In this document: piece by piece, positions 14,874 to 27,241 of the stretch
Layout: each line of letters starts with the position of its first letter
Position numbering within the stretch: position 1 is the stretch's first letter
DNA from: Lingula anatina
Taxonomy: Eukaryota; Animalia; Brachiopoda
Assembly: GCA_051362555.1 (NCBI GenBank)
Contig: CM120648.1
Coordinates: 6,320,587-6,384,586 of the forward strand
Reading direction: 5' to 3'
Length of the DNA stretch: 64,000 nt
The notes under the pieces: generated by a model
What the model saw: only the letters and a program-made list of their open reading frames with translations
Database searches by the model: none
Told to the model about the DNA's origin: nothing
Position numbers and translations under genes: made by a program

Positions 14874-15061
14874 ACTGAAAATCGTAAGTTCCCCCACTAT
14901 AACGAAACTGAAACTCATTTCTTACTGAAATGTTAAATGCATACTGTGTAGACTAGTGTTAGAAGAAGTAGACATAAGATAGCAGGTGAACAGAAAAACA
15001 GACCTTGGCTGCCTGCGCAGTTCAAAAAGTGAATACTTGCGAACCCTACACATTCTGTATG

Positions 15062-15125
<64 letters not shown>

Positions 15126-16240
15126 GAAAGTTATCATCATCATGCCAAATGTATTTTGTATTTATATTCATCTTATAGACCTTTAGAGTAGAAAGGCTGT
15201 TAAAATGTGACCTGTACATTTTTAGTGCTCAATAAGGTATTATTATTTTATTAGATAATATTGGGGCCTGTTCAGAACCAGTTGATCCAAAGACTAACTA
15301 GTCCAGGGATCAAATATGGCTCACCCACCCTCTTGAAAGCATGAGGGGATTAAATTGTTTTGTCCCTGCAGGGATGGCATGGACGGGAGGCGGGGATCCA
15401 TTGTCATGTTAATTCACTTACTGTAACGCATGCATATATATATATATATATATCTACTGTACCTGGGTGGATGAAAATGATAATATGTAATTTTTGTCAT
15501 GTGCTTGTTATATACTATGTTATCTGTTAAACTAGTCTTCTTGTCCAATCTGCTTAACCCCCCTTCATAATAGATAAATTAAATCAGACATAATTTATTT
15601 TTCTAATGGGAAGAAAGGAAGTGATTGAATGAATAGGGACAGGAAACATTTTTCCTGTTTCTTATCTCAAGTTACAGATAATTACTATTATTATAATACT
15701 TATTTTTTTTGTTGGGGGGGGGGGGGGGAGGGGGGAGAGAGGGGGGGTTGACTTTATTTGCACTGGAACAGAACTGATATAAATACAGTACAGTATTTAC
15801 TAGATCTTTTCAATGGGGGAAATTGGGAATTGACAAGCACCATATTTTCAAAGTCAATTTCTTTAAATTGGGACATTCCTATTTAGAGGTAGAAGTCAAA
15901 TTTAAAAGCACTTCAGTTTTATTTTATACAGTAAAAGCACCACAAATTCTCTACAGAGATATAAATTTTGAGGTTATAAATTTAGATATCTTAAAATTTT
16001 GATAATTTTTGCCCATTATAAAGATCCACTTATTTCCAGTTACAGCTGGTTAGTCATGACCATCCATTGGCATTTCACAAAAATGAGCTTTGCAAACTGA
16101 ATACTGGATTTACAAGACTACTAAGTATATCAAACTGAGGTCTCCAAAAATGAGACGCACTGTTGGTAATTTGACTTATCTGTACATGCAATATTAGATC
16201 TAAAAAATTTTAATATTTCTTAGAACATATTTCAACTCAC

Positions 16241-16363
16241 CAGAGTCCCTAAATCTGTTTTCAATGGCCAGTTTCACCATGTCATTTGTATACCCCAGCT
16301 CCATCACTGCCCTGGCGTAGGGCTTCATCAGCGCCTCTAATGTCCTGTCACGGGAGGAGGGGG
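16241..16363 (-). CDS. IAP exon, first part of UBA domain
   Basis: TTTCTTTCCAG acceptor and G|GTGAGT donor. Encodes APSSRDRTLEALMKPYARAVMELGYTNDMVKLAIENRFRDS; ELGY corresponds to the UBA MGF loop of IAPs. Confidence 0.9.
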
Positions 16364-16626
16364 CTGGAAAGAAACAGTTCACGGTTAGGCTGTCTTGTAC
16401 TTGAAATTCTTATTATCAGCTATTTTTGATTTTGATTTTTTTTTCTTAAAGGCTAAAAATCAATTCAATTCCACACATGAAAATATAATTTTTAAGTTAA
16501 ATATGTGACCATGGCAAAATGTCTCAAAGAAGATTTTTTCTTTTACCAACTTTATTTTTTGATAATTGATAATCAAGCTTCGCTGTGATATTTTTCAAAA
16601 TAAATAAATATTTTAATAAAACTGAC

Positions 16627-16675
16627 CTCTAGATACAGGTGCAGAAGGGGGAGGAGTGCCTGCAGCTGACTCATT
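16627..16675 (-). CDS. IAP 49-nt small exon (NESAAGTPPPSAPVSR)
   Basis: TTTTTTTTTCTAG acceptor and AG|GTCAGT donor. Its 49 nt give exactly the phase 0 to phase 1 conversion needed to join the BIR exon to the UBA exon. Not in the ORF track. Confidence 0.85.
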
Positions 16676-17065
16676 CTAGAAAAAAAAATACGAAATATAT
16701 CTTTAACAGTATATATATACTAAATATAGAGGGAGACAGATAGCATTAAACATAAGGATAAACTCATACACTGATGCCTGTTCTAAATTGAAATCCAATT
16801 CTTGTATCAGCTGGTATCAGTGTTTATCAAAATGGTTTATCATCACCGACCATTAAAAATCATCAATAGATACATTCTATAATGAGACCAAATCTCAAAC
16901 CTGATACTCTGGACATTAGCAGACTGTGCAGACAAGTTGAAAAAAAGTGTAATTATGTGGAAGTTTTTAAACTGTGATTCACCCTTCCTTTACTCAAAAA
17001 TGGGCATTTGTCACAAGTACAGCATGCACCCGTGTTTTGTGCAACAGCTGCACACACATACTCAC

Positions 17066-17836
17066 CTGTTTTCTTTTAATACTGTTTATAAAGTCCAAAC
17101 CCTTGCACTGTTTCACATAACCACACTTGGGAAACCATCGGGCATGTTCTGTCCACGGTTCATCCCCAGGTTCCCAATTTTTCAGGCCTCCATTACAAAA
17201 GAAGCATTTAACATTATCGTTAAAGCCAGCGTAAAAGAAGCCAGCATGAGAAAGCATATCGGGTCTCTGGGTCTTGTCACTTGGCCAATTATTATAAGTA
17301 GCCAGTCTCCTTTGTATGGTAGAAAATTCTGGATGTCTTGGTTTTTCAGTAACTATTGGGCTATTTTCCAATATTGATGATGGCCATCTTGTTTGCAATG
17401 TTGTCCCTGTGGCATATCCTGATGTAGCAGCTGACGTTCCAGTGGCAACAGAACGTCCAGTCGATCCTGTTCCATAGCCAGAAGATTCGGATCGTGTTGA
17501 AAATATTTGCCTGAAATTTTCTGTCTGTCTCTCTGAGCGTAATTTCTCCAGAACAAAAGGGCATGTGGGGGAATGTCTCGAATGCTCCCCCATGGCGGTA
17601 TCGCCAGGCTCAAAATTTCTTATCATCAATCCACAGTAGACACACTTCACCATGTCTCCCTGACCCATGTGTATAAACCCCGCCTCTGCTAGGTCTGCAG
17701 CTCGTAAGGGGTTGTCGGCTGGCCAGTTGACAAAGGTGCCCAGACGGGCCGACGGTTCTCCCATGGATCCCCACTGTGCACCAGTGAATTGTGTGGGGTA
17801 GACATCTTGGCCGCCACGATTTTGTTGTGAACACAT
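17066..17836 (-). CDS. IAP (inhibitor of apoptosis), first coding exon with two BIR domains
   Basis: ORF 16994..17890 has two BIRs with intact C-x2-C...H-x6-C ligands (RLGTFVNWP..AGF..VKCVYC..EHSRHSPTC and RLATYNNWP..AGFFY..VKCFFCNGGLKNWEPGDEPWTEHARWFPKC). First in-frame ATG at 17836, with in-frame TAA stops upstream. Donor CAG|GTGAGT after 17066 (phase 0). Confidence 0.95.
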
Positions 17837-18522
17837 GTCAGTTTTTGTTTCAATTTTCCCTTTGAGTATTTGTAAAGTGCTATCTGTCAATATATTTTAT
17901 TTTTACTTTCTATTTTTGAACTTTCCTTTGTAAAATGAGATAAAAGTATCCTTTGCTGTTAGTTTTTTTTTTTTGTGTTTCTCTTTCTTTTAATTAAAGT
18001 TTTTTCTGACCTCAATTTTTTTTTATATCCTTTTTACTTTTTTATATTTTCCAGTACTAAATTAGAAAAACTTACCAAAAAAATCTCACTGGGTGCTTCT
18101 AAACTAGCAAACCTAATCTATATTAGTTAAATGTTTAATTGTCAAGGGGCAGCAACTGTCACACTTAGAATAAGCTGCCTATATCACGTGTTATATCCAC
18201 TTTACAGGGCGTTGTGAAGTTTGTATTTAGTTCATGCAGATGTTGCAAAGCACATCTAAAAGAATGCCGACTATGACAACTGAAATTCGCAAATCTACGT
18301 TTGTGGTCACTTCGTTGCTGTTTTTCTTTATTATTCTTGGCAAATCTGAGTTCACTGTTACTTGGTTTGTGTTTATTTTTAGTATACTTGGGCTGAATGA
18401 TCCTGCTTCTTCTCCCTTTATCATAGAATGTATTTTCACTTTCTGTGTTATCTGTACTATTTCCAGACTGGGGCATATTAAAACCTTCTGCCCCCATGGT
18501 GTGCCATTTCACTTTGCAAATA
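17837..18522 (-). promoter_or_regulatory. Probable IAP 5' leader (exonic) with staggered uORFs and A-rich tract
   Basis: Good acceptor CATTTCTTTTCCAG just before 18522, and no polypyrimidine acceptor closer to the ATG. uATGs at 18507, 18497 and 18424. A-rich at 17890-18055. Confidence 0.5.
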
Positions 18523-18962
18523 CTGGAAAAGAAATGGTGGAAGACAATCTAAAAATTCATCTTTTAGGTACAAGTGTTACTGTACTTAATCTCTCAAGAA
18601 CACATTGCATGGTTCACATTTATTTGATACTATGAGGCAGAATTATTACTTGCCTAGTTCCACAAAATGATATGAACAGAAAATATTTTTATACAAACAA
18701 GTTGAAGAATAGCTTCTCACCTAATACCCCATTCACACTGGCATTTTGACCATGGTTCAGGCCTGATCCAGGTCTTATATGGGTTAACCTTTTCTAATAT
18801 ATGAATGGGCTAAGTACCCTGACTGCAGTTCAAATAAACTCTGATTGATAGAAGGGTTAATCAGCTAAATCAGAGTTACCTTTGAATTGCTGTCAAGGTT
18901 GGATGTTTACATTTGAAATGCATGTGCACAAGTGGGCAATTAACTTCGCAGGGAATTCTGTC

Positions 18963-19120
18963 GGGGCCGTAGCGATAGTCCGAAGGTTCAATAGTCCGAA
19001 GGTTCATTGGTCCGAATGTTCACTATAGAACCTTCGGACCAATGAACCCTTGATTAAAAAATCAATGAAAATGTTACCACTTTTCGGACCAATGAACCTT
19101 CGGACTATTGAGATGCCCCC
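18963..19120. mobile_element. MITE with 8-bp TSD ATTCTGTC
   Basis: GGGGC...GCCCC ends, internal inverted 19-nt subrepeats (AGTCCGAAGGTTC), and ATTCTGTC at 18955 and 19121. Confidence 0.85.
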
Positions 19121-19796
19121 ATTCTGTCAGTACTTATTATACTAATTGTATCAGGCTTGTTTCATTGACATTGTATTCAATAATAAGCTACAGTAAAAGA
19201 GTATCTTGGCCTGAGGAAGCTGTCAAAGCCCTGCTCTCCATATGATCTAAGAGTGACATGCACACACACACAAACACACACAAAATAGTGTTCAGTTCCT
19301 AATGACAACAAGAATGCACCTGCTTAACAGGAAAAATGATTGGTGAATTGCTGACACGTGAGTGCAAAGGAACTAGGTCAAATTTTAGAGGGTAGGGAAT
19401 ACCCCCCCACCCTTTAATCACCAATTGCAATCACCTAGAATTAAAGCAGCAATAACGAAGATATATCTAGGTCAATCACCAAGAATTCCTGAATCACAGA
19501 CTACAATTTATCGTAGTTAAGAGATAAGAGAAAAGATGCATAATTATTTAACAAAAAAAGGTGTAACCTATAAAGACAAGGATTGTTTATCAGTTTGTGT
19601 TTTTTTTTTGTCCCTTATCGTTATATAATAGTGATGCCAAACAGTGTATTAAGTGAACTGCAAGCTGTTGATACTGCATGATAATATTATATATATAATA
19701 ATATTGACTTATTATGTAATCTACATATTAATAGTCTATATATCACTTAAGGCAAATTTTAGCCCCTGAAATGACTTACATGTAGGCTCTCGTTTA

Positions 19797-20260
19797 ACTT
19801 ACTTATTTAACGTTAAAATGACGGTTTAACCTACCAGGTACGATAAGTAATAAGGCTCATACAGTAACATGCCGGCTCACTGCCAGGTAACTGTAACGGA
19901 CAGAAAAAAGGAAATACGTCATCAGCGTACTGGTGGCTCGCCCTATCGGCAAATATAAAAACATTTTACATGGTTAACCGCAGTACACGGCTTACTTGTT
20001 CGATATAACAGGTAAATGTGTTGCGATTTCTTAATTACAAATCGAGTGTGCTTGTAGATCCTGGTAGGTTGTACAGGTGAAAGTTGGTTGTACTCAATGT
20101 GAAATGATAATCTTCCCCAGAAACCTCGTAGATATCGCATACCGCATACATCTTCTGGATCCTTCTACTCAGATCGGGTTACTACACGTATATGTAATTG
20201 TTTGTTTGATATTGCTTTGTTAATTTGTTTACAGTGAATTGTGAAGGGGATTTTTCAGGT
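19797..20260 (-). promoter_or_regulatory. Candidate IAP promoter / non-coding first exon
   Basis: Locally CpG-richer segment. Candidate GTAAGT donor at 19802-19797, TGATGACGTA (ATF/CRE-like) near 19916-19925, and kappaB-like GGGGATTTTT at 20246-20255. Motif-level evidence only. Confidence 0.3.
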
Positions 20261-20295
20261 TTGGTCTATTGCGTTTTAATTTTGACCACACGTTC

Positions 20296-20554
20296 AATGG
20301 CGGATTTAGAGGGGGGTCAGGGGGTCCTGACCCGCCCCCCCCCCCCCTTCGGTTTCTGAAAAATAGGCTATATCACACCAATATTCCCTTCTTGAAATTA
20401 GAATTTTGACTAGTTCTATCATTGTTCTTAACCGTACCAAATGGCACCATTCGCCTTCTAAAAGACCAGAAGTTTTCGGGGCCCTTCAGCGGGCCACGAA
20501 CGCGGACCACCCCACCCCCCTCCCCCTTTCAAGTAATCCTGGATCCGCCCCTGC
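20296..20554. mobile_element. GGCGGAT-type MITE upstream of IAP
   Basis: CAATGGCGGATTTAG ... CTGGATCCGCCCCTG imperfect TIR with G/C runs. Confidence 0.55.
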
Positions 20555-21277
20555 ATGTTACTAAACGTTTAGAACTGTGTCCGGTAAATCTGTTAAATCC
20601 CAGCAGGAAAACGCCTCTGTTCCATTTATATATTCAGATTGGCACGGAAAATGTAGCTAGACTACGTTTCGATTCGTCTAATTAACGACCACAAACGTCC
20701 CCAAGCATCCGTAGCCTACATTTCATTTTCCAAAATGCGTACAACAGGGCAGCTATTGAAGTGGTAGGCCTATCTATCACCCGCACATTCTAACGTAATT
20801 TCCATATACTAGTACAAATTTACGTACAGTATAATATATCATGGCAATATCATCCCTTATCAATTAAACTCGGCAACTTTAGGTGCTTTTTTTTGACAGG
20901 CCCTACATGTATATATAGACCTAAGCTGTTTACGAGCACAAGTGCTGTACTGTACATGTACAGTACTGGTAGTAAGACCTACCTTAATTACTTTGATATA
21001 ATTTGAACTTACTAAGTTATGTCGAACTTGCCTCCTCGATCAGTCGAAATGTCCCTCGTTTTGGTGAGTACAGATCCCGGTATAAAGTTTAACCTTTTTG
21101 TGTAGAAGAGACTTACGTACTCATCTTAAACCTTATATATATACTAGATAATCAATATAGACTCAGGAAAAGCCCCCATTTCTATTAATAGCTATCTTAA
21201 TGTGCACAATGTGTACGAGCAACCAGCCGAGGAGTGGCATATGTGATGATTCATCACCGTGTTCATCGTGATGTATA

Positions 21278-21345
<68 letters not shown>

Positions 21346-21440
21346 TATTGACACAATACATCATGAATACATGACAATACAAAAACAAACACTCGCTCAC
21401 ACACTCACACATAAGAGATGTTATACTATATAACACTTTT

Positions 21441-21488
21441 TATGTACAGACACAGATGTGTCTGTACATATAGCCATCATCTTCGTCT

Positions 21489-21522
<34 letters not shown>

Positions 21523-23303
21523 CCGTGCACTTTTACCGATAACACGATAAGTGGAAAACCATTTTACCTTTTGACTTGAAACTTGCAGAACTGATGAATA
21601 TTCATAATACGCAGGTCAAGTTTGAAAATCAGCATGATCGGGTCACTTTTAGGGAATTTATGCTGTTTTTTCACTTTTTTCAGCATATATGCAGCACCGA
21701 TAACACGATAAGTGGAAAACCATTTTACCTTTTGACTTGAAATTTACAAAACTGATGAATATTCATAATACGCAGGTCAAGTTTGAAAATCAGCATTATC
21801 GGGTCACTTTTAGGGAATTTATGCTGTTTTTTCACTTTTTTCAGCATATAGGCAGCACCGATAACACGATAAGTGGAAAACCATTTTACCTTTTGACTTG
21901 AAACTTACAGAACTGATGAATATTCATAATACGCAGGCCAAGTTGGAAAATCAGCATGATTGGGCCATTTTTAGGGAATTTATGCTGTTTTTTCACTATT
22001 TTCAATATAAATACAACACTGATAACACAATATAAGAAAAACGGATTGGCCAATTGTAATCATACTCACAGGAGTGGTCAATCTTACTAAAACGCAGGTT
22101 GAGTTCGAAAATCAGCATAATCAGGCCATTATTTTAGAAGTTATACTGTTTTTCACATTTCCTCAGATTCAATTATTAGGCATGTTAACAGTCTCATTAT
22201 TTAACTAATAAGATGCCTAAAAGTGTTTGTTTGATATTTCCTGCATCTTTACAACATTGTTAGTTGATTATGTAAAAAACATGGTAAACTTGTTATCATG
22301 TATTGTGTAATAAAGTGTCAAAAATGGAAATAAACTCATATCATTGCAGTTTGTCAGATTCAATCATCCACTATGTTCAGAATCTCAGAATGGAGGAAAT
22401 TGGACATTTAACACTGTTCTATTGATACTTTTCCCATCTCATCAACTTTCTTAGTTGGTCATAAAAAATGGCAGTAAAATGTTTATTTTGTTTTATGTTA
22501 AAAAAGTGTTAAAAATGGAAATAAACCCATTTCAGAACAGTGCTGCCTTGTTTACATTTTGGCATTTTTAAGGAGTGACTTTGAAGTTCCATGGGCCTGA
22601 AGACCTTTGCTAGTCACATTTTCTGAATATCTGTGAAACAAATATTTTATAATTAAAAATTGATGGTCATTAAGCTGTTAAACATTATGTAATATTGCAT
22701 CAAAATTTGAAGAAACCCCTATTTTGGGCACTGCTTCCATGATGACCATTTAGGGAAAATCATGTCACTTACTATTCTCAAACTTACAGGAAAGAAACAT
22801 GGGACTAAAATACAGCTTCAGTAGGCAATGCAGTCTGTTTGGTATTTTTATTTATTTATTTATTTTTTGGCAGTTAAACAGTTTTTTGTGAAAATTTAAT
22901 TTTTCACATATTGGCATTTTCAAGGTGTGACTTTAAAGTTCCATGATCTTGAAGACTTTTGCTTGTCACATTTTCTGAATGTCCATGTTACTAATATTTT
23001 ATTAATAACATTTGATTGTCATTATGCTGTTAAACATTATGTAATGTTGCATCAAAATTTGAAGAAACCCCTATTTTGGGCACTGCTCCTATGATGACCA
23101 TTTAAGGGAAATCATGTCACTTACTGTTCTCAAACTTACAGGAAAGAAACATGGGTCTAACATACAGCTTCAATAGGCAACGCAGTCTGTTTGGTAAATT
23201 TTTCTGGCAATTTAACAGTTTTTTTGTGAAAATTTAATTTTTCACTTATTTGCATCTTTATTTTCTGTTCTTTGTCTGTACATTTGACAGCTTTGCTGCC
23301 TTG
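21441..23303 (+). mobile_element. Helentron-type element family B with 161-bp tandem repeats
   Basis: 5' hairpin TGTACAGACACAGATGTGTCTGTACA, (GTCGTCGCC)n, 161-bp repeats (21541, 21702, 21863), and 3' TCTGTACA + GACAGCTTTGCTGCC hairpin + CTTG|TT. Confidence 0.8.
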
Positions 23304-23326
23304 TTAATTAATTACATCGTCGTACG

Positions 23327-24395
23327 CTAAATATTCAAATTGAAAATGATTATATATGAATTGTACTGACAGATTGACTTATCTGTTTTCACCAGATATC
23401 TAAGCGATGAAATCAAACCTCCTAATGTTGGTTTACCCTGTGAACATCTTCTTAAATAAATATAAAATTTAAATTGCATCATAAAGAGATTAATAATTGG
23501 AGAGAGGCTCGTAGAGCCGACTAAGCAATTCCTTTTTGAGACGGGTAGTGTAACTTGAGTATTAGATAATATATATTCTACCAAGTCGGTCAATAATTTT
23601 TGGGTAACCGCACAATTCCAGAATAAATGCTCTGTTGTTTCTTCAGCTCCTTTGCAAAGGGAACATATACTGTTGTCGACCATTTTATATTTGAAAAGCA
23701 ATGAATTTGTGGTAAGGATATTATGATTAATTCGAAATTGGAACCAGTGAAGCTTTGTAACTTTTGTTATTGTGAAAAGAAGTTCGAAAATCTTCGGACA
23801 TTCATTTTCCTCCAAATTTAACAACTCCTTTACTTCCATTTATTCATACCTTTTGTCATCTCAAGAACACCTACTTTACTTAAAGTTTTATAATAAATCT
23901 TTGAGCCTTTTGAACAACCTGACAGCAACAATATATGATCAAGAATTAAAGGAGTGGCCATTTTACTTAATTTTTCAGGAATACCACCAAGCCATTCTTT
24001 TATGGCTGAGATAATTCCATGGTATTCGACAAAATTTGTGTCAATACCGTGGATATCCCTGAACGCAGTGAAGTCATAGAACTCTCCAGGGTCAGGAGCA
24101 GATCATTAACAAATCTAATGTTTTTGTCATACCAAGATGTATAGAAGACAGGTTTATTTCCAATAAGTATATTTTCATTTAGAAAGAGTGGAATGTTACC
24201 AAAATCCTTGACTTTATTGGCCATTATTGTACCACAGAGTTCTTTCCAGGCTGCTAAGGCATCAATCAAGAATCTATTTTTTATGTTTCAAGATTTTTGA
24301 GATATATTCTGTACCACATGTGATTAGTTTTTCAGTGTCTACATATTTAGATATATTATTTTTCCATTCTTTATTTTCGAACATAAGTCTTCTTA
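23327..24395 (-). mobile_element. L1/Tx1 LINE 3' fragment
   Basis: IPLFLNENILIGNKPVFYTSW and WFQFRINHNILTTNSLLFK...CSLCKGAEETTEHLFWNC (zf-RVT-like). Broken frames. Confidence 0.85.
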
Positions 24396-26242
24396 TATAT
24401 TAATTAGACTGAATATCTATTAATTAGACTGAAAACGCGCATCTATATAACAGATAAACTATAATTGGCATAAAGCGGCTGAGCTCTTGGCTTGTGCGTC
24501 TTCATCTAGGACATATATGCTTTGTAATATTTATTTGCTATATTGACACTAAAAAGTAATTAAATTTCGTGCCCTCTCGGCTGACAGCTATTTAGCGTGA
24601 ACCCCCAAGGAGTTAGGTCGATCTTGTTTGGATCGATCTTATCTCTGGGAATGGGGTCTAAGTCATAGTAGGACTACTATTCCCAAGTAATGGTAGTCCT
24701 ACAGACAAATGTTGCGGACCTCGGTTCCTGGGGGACTTGCATGGATTACTGTTAAACCGGACGGTGGAACAACATTCCAACACGCTCTGCCTAAGACATT
24801 ACAGACACTATTTTAAAATGATCTATTCGGGAGACACACACACACACACACTTAAAGTTAACGAATATTTATCTCTTTTTATTGTTACACAATCTTCATT
24901 ACGTTAATTAAATCTTAAACACGCACTTTTCACCTCGCGTGATCTATAGTATATATCCCGTGAAACTCGTAGTCGTATATATATTGCATCCTTCAAATTC
25001 TAAACTGGCTTTATTTGTCTTAAATCCTCAGTCCATGCTATCTAAGAGCAACTTCCTTTGAGTTATTTTTCAATTGCAATTTCTGGGAGTGTACACTGAA
25101 AGATAAATCTAAGAACGGACATCCCGTGTTTTGTGTAAAGTGATTTTTTCCTTGTTTGAAGAAGAGATGCCTTATCTGGTTCATGTAGTACAGTACCTTA
25201 AATTGTAAAAAAATATTGGGCAAAACAGGCTCATGCATAATTGTGCACTGCGGGGGGAGTGCTCCAAAAGGATGCGTTAACACCTGCAAAAATTTGCGTT
25301 TAATAGAAGCAAAATACACATAATAAAATGAATAAAGAAAATCTATGGAAAACGTATTGTTTTTGTTATTTTATTAATAATACGCATAATAACTGCTTAT
25401 CGGAAAATTTAAAAAAATCATTGTAAAATATTAAAATGAAAAGTCATATTAATGAAATAAATCAAACGTTTATCTTTAAAACTATTACATCTCTGTATAT
25501 ATTTTTTATGTCATTTCTAGGTGTAAACTACCCCCGGTATATAGGACATGCGTTACTAAAATGTTAAGAACGCATGTCCCATTAAGACGTGGGACTTGCA
25601 TTGCTTGGGAGCCTTCGTCCTACGGACATTGAATCCTAGAAACGTATGCCCTAGGACTTGCATTCCCAGGACTAAGTGTCCGAGCGGACTTGCGTTACTA
25701 ACACGTGCACTCTTGCCCCACCGGCACGAAGGTCGCAGGAAGGTGCTTCTGGGCCCCGTAACTCGAAAGCATCGCGTATTGCCAATTGCGATATCACTTA
25801 CACCCCATTTCCATAGATTTTAGATCTATCTATCCCTGTGGGGAGTCTCACTAGATTACTGTCAGCTTGGCCGGCTTAAGCGTCTGTTCCGCCTACTAAA
25901 AGCTGTAAGGGGGTAATTAACTATGGTGCGCGCTCGTCTGCAATTTAGCGTGAACCCCAGGGAGTTAGATCGATCTAAATTTTAATCCGTTGGTCGATCT
26001 AAATCTCTGGAAATACACCCATTGAGGCTACAATGTACTGTATTATATGGGGCGTGTATGGGCGATTTATGGAATCGAGATGCTTGCGCTCTACATGCCT
26101 CGAGACCTACAACATACAACTTGCATTTTTGCTTCTTATGAAATATATATCATTCTGGAAAATGCAGGTGTATCTCCCTTTCGTGTGCAGTACCTTGCCC
26201 CTTTGGGTGGGGATAGGCTTGGGATATCTATGGTATTATAAT

Positions 26243-26474
26243 TACCTCCGTCAAGGAGGCTATGTTTTCACCCGGCCGTCTTTATGTCTGTCTGTTTGTC
26301 ATCAACATAACTCAAACAGTTATGGACCAATTTTGATAAAATTTTCAGGGTAGGTGGGCAATGGGTAAACTTAGAAGTGATTAGTTTTTGGTGGTGATCC
26401 GGATCAATATCAATCAATAATAATAAAAAATCGCTGCCTTGGCGGAGGTCTGCGCTCTCGGAGTGCTTTTCTAG
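26243..26474 (+). mobile_element. Short Helentron-type element family C
   Basis: TACCTCCGTCAAGGAGG 5' hairpin, (TCTG)n, CCTTGGCGGAGGT subterminal IR and CTAG|TT end. Second copy on - at 62523-62738. Confidence 0.75.
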
Positions 26475-27202
26475 TTAATTATAGGTTATTAAGTTCCATG
26501 GACTGTTCGAGATGGATAGGTTAAGAAGGCATGAACTTTTTATTGTTTCAAGGGAATGTTGCACTGAGACTGCCACTGTGTACTAGATGTCTTTTTAAAG
26601 GGAGAATATCTCTTCATGCGAGGTTCAAAATACCACCAAAACCGATGTTATCGCAATTATATTTTAAAATCTGTACTGCTTGTTATCGGATCACGTGGAC
26701 CCTCATAATAGAAAATGACTAGCCTCTTTTAACAAAGTAGAACAAAACCACACAAAAAAATTAATCGACTAACTTTGAATGTCGTAACGGATTCATTAAC
26801 CACTGGAAAGTATACCCTACCATACAACATTTAGTAACAGACTACTAGCGCACTATGTGGGCAGAGACAATGGAAAGTGAGGGAAAATTGTCGTTTACCC
26901 CGGGAAATCCGTTTAATGCACTTTTCCCGCAAAAATGAGAAATTGCTATCCCTATAAATTTGAATTAAAGTGGAGACGATAGGTGGACGTTGCAGTCCAC
27001 AAGATGTAGAGCTAGTGTCAAAAATGTGCTGCAACACTCTGAGATGTTTTCTGTTCGCGTGTCGTTACCAAAGATGATTTGTACACCTGTAGGTCTGCTG
27101 GGATTTCTTTTGTAAGACTTTTGTATGAATTTGAGGAAAGATGTAAAATGTGCCCGGTATATGATTTGTCGGTATTTTTACAATAACATACATAGTATTC
27201 GG

Positions 27203-27241
<39 letters not shown>

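Noticed and set aside
17891-18229. N-terminal IAP extension restored by stop readthrough or A-to-I editing
   Set aside because: About a dozen in-frame stops of all three types, and editing could not create the missing BIR cysteines.
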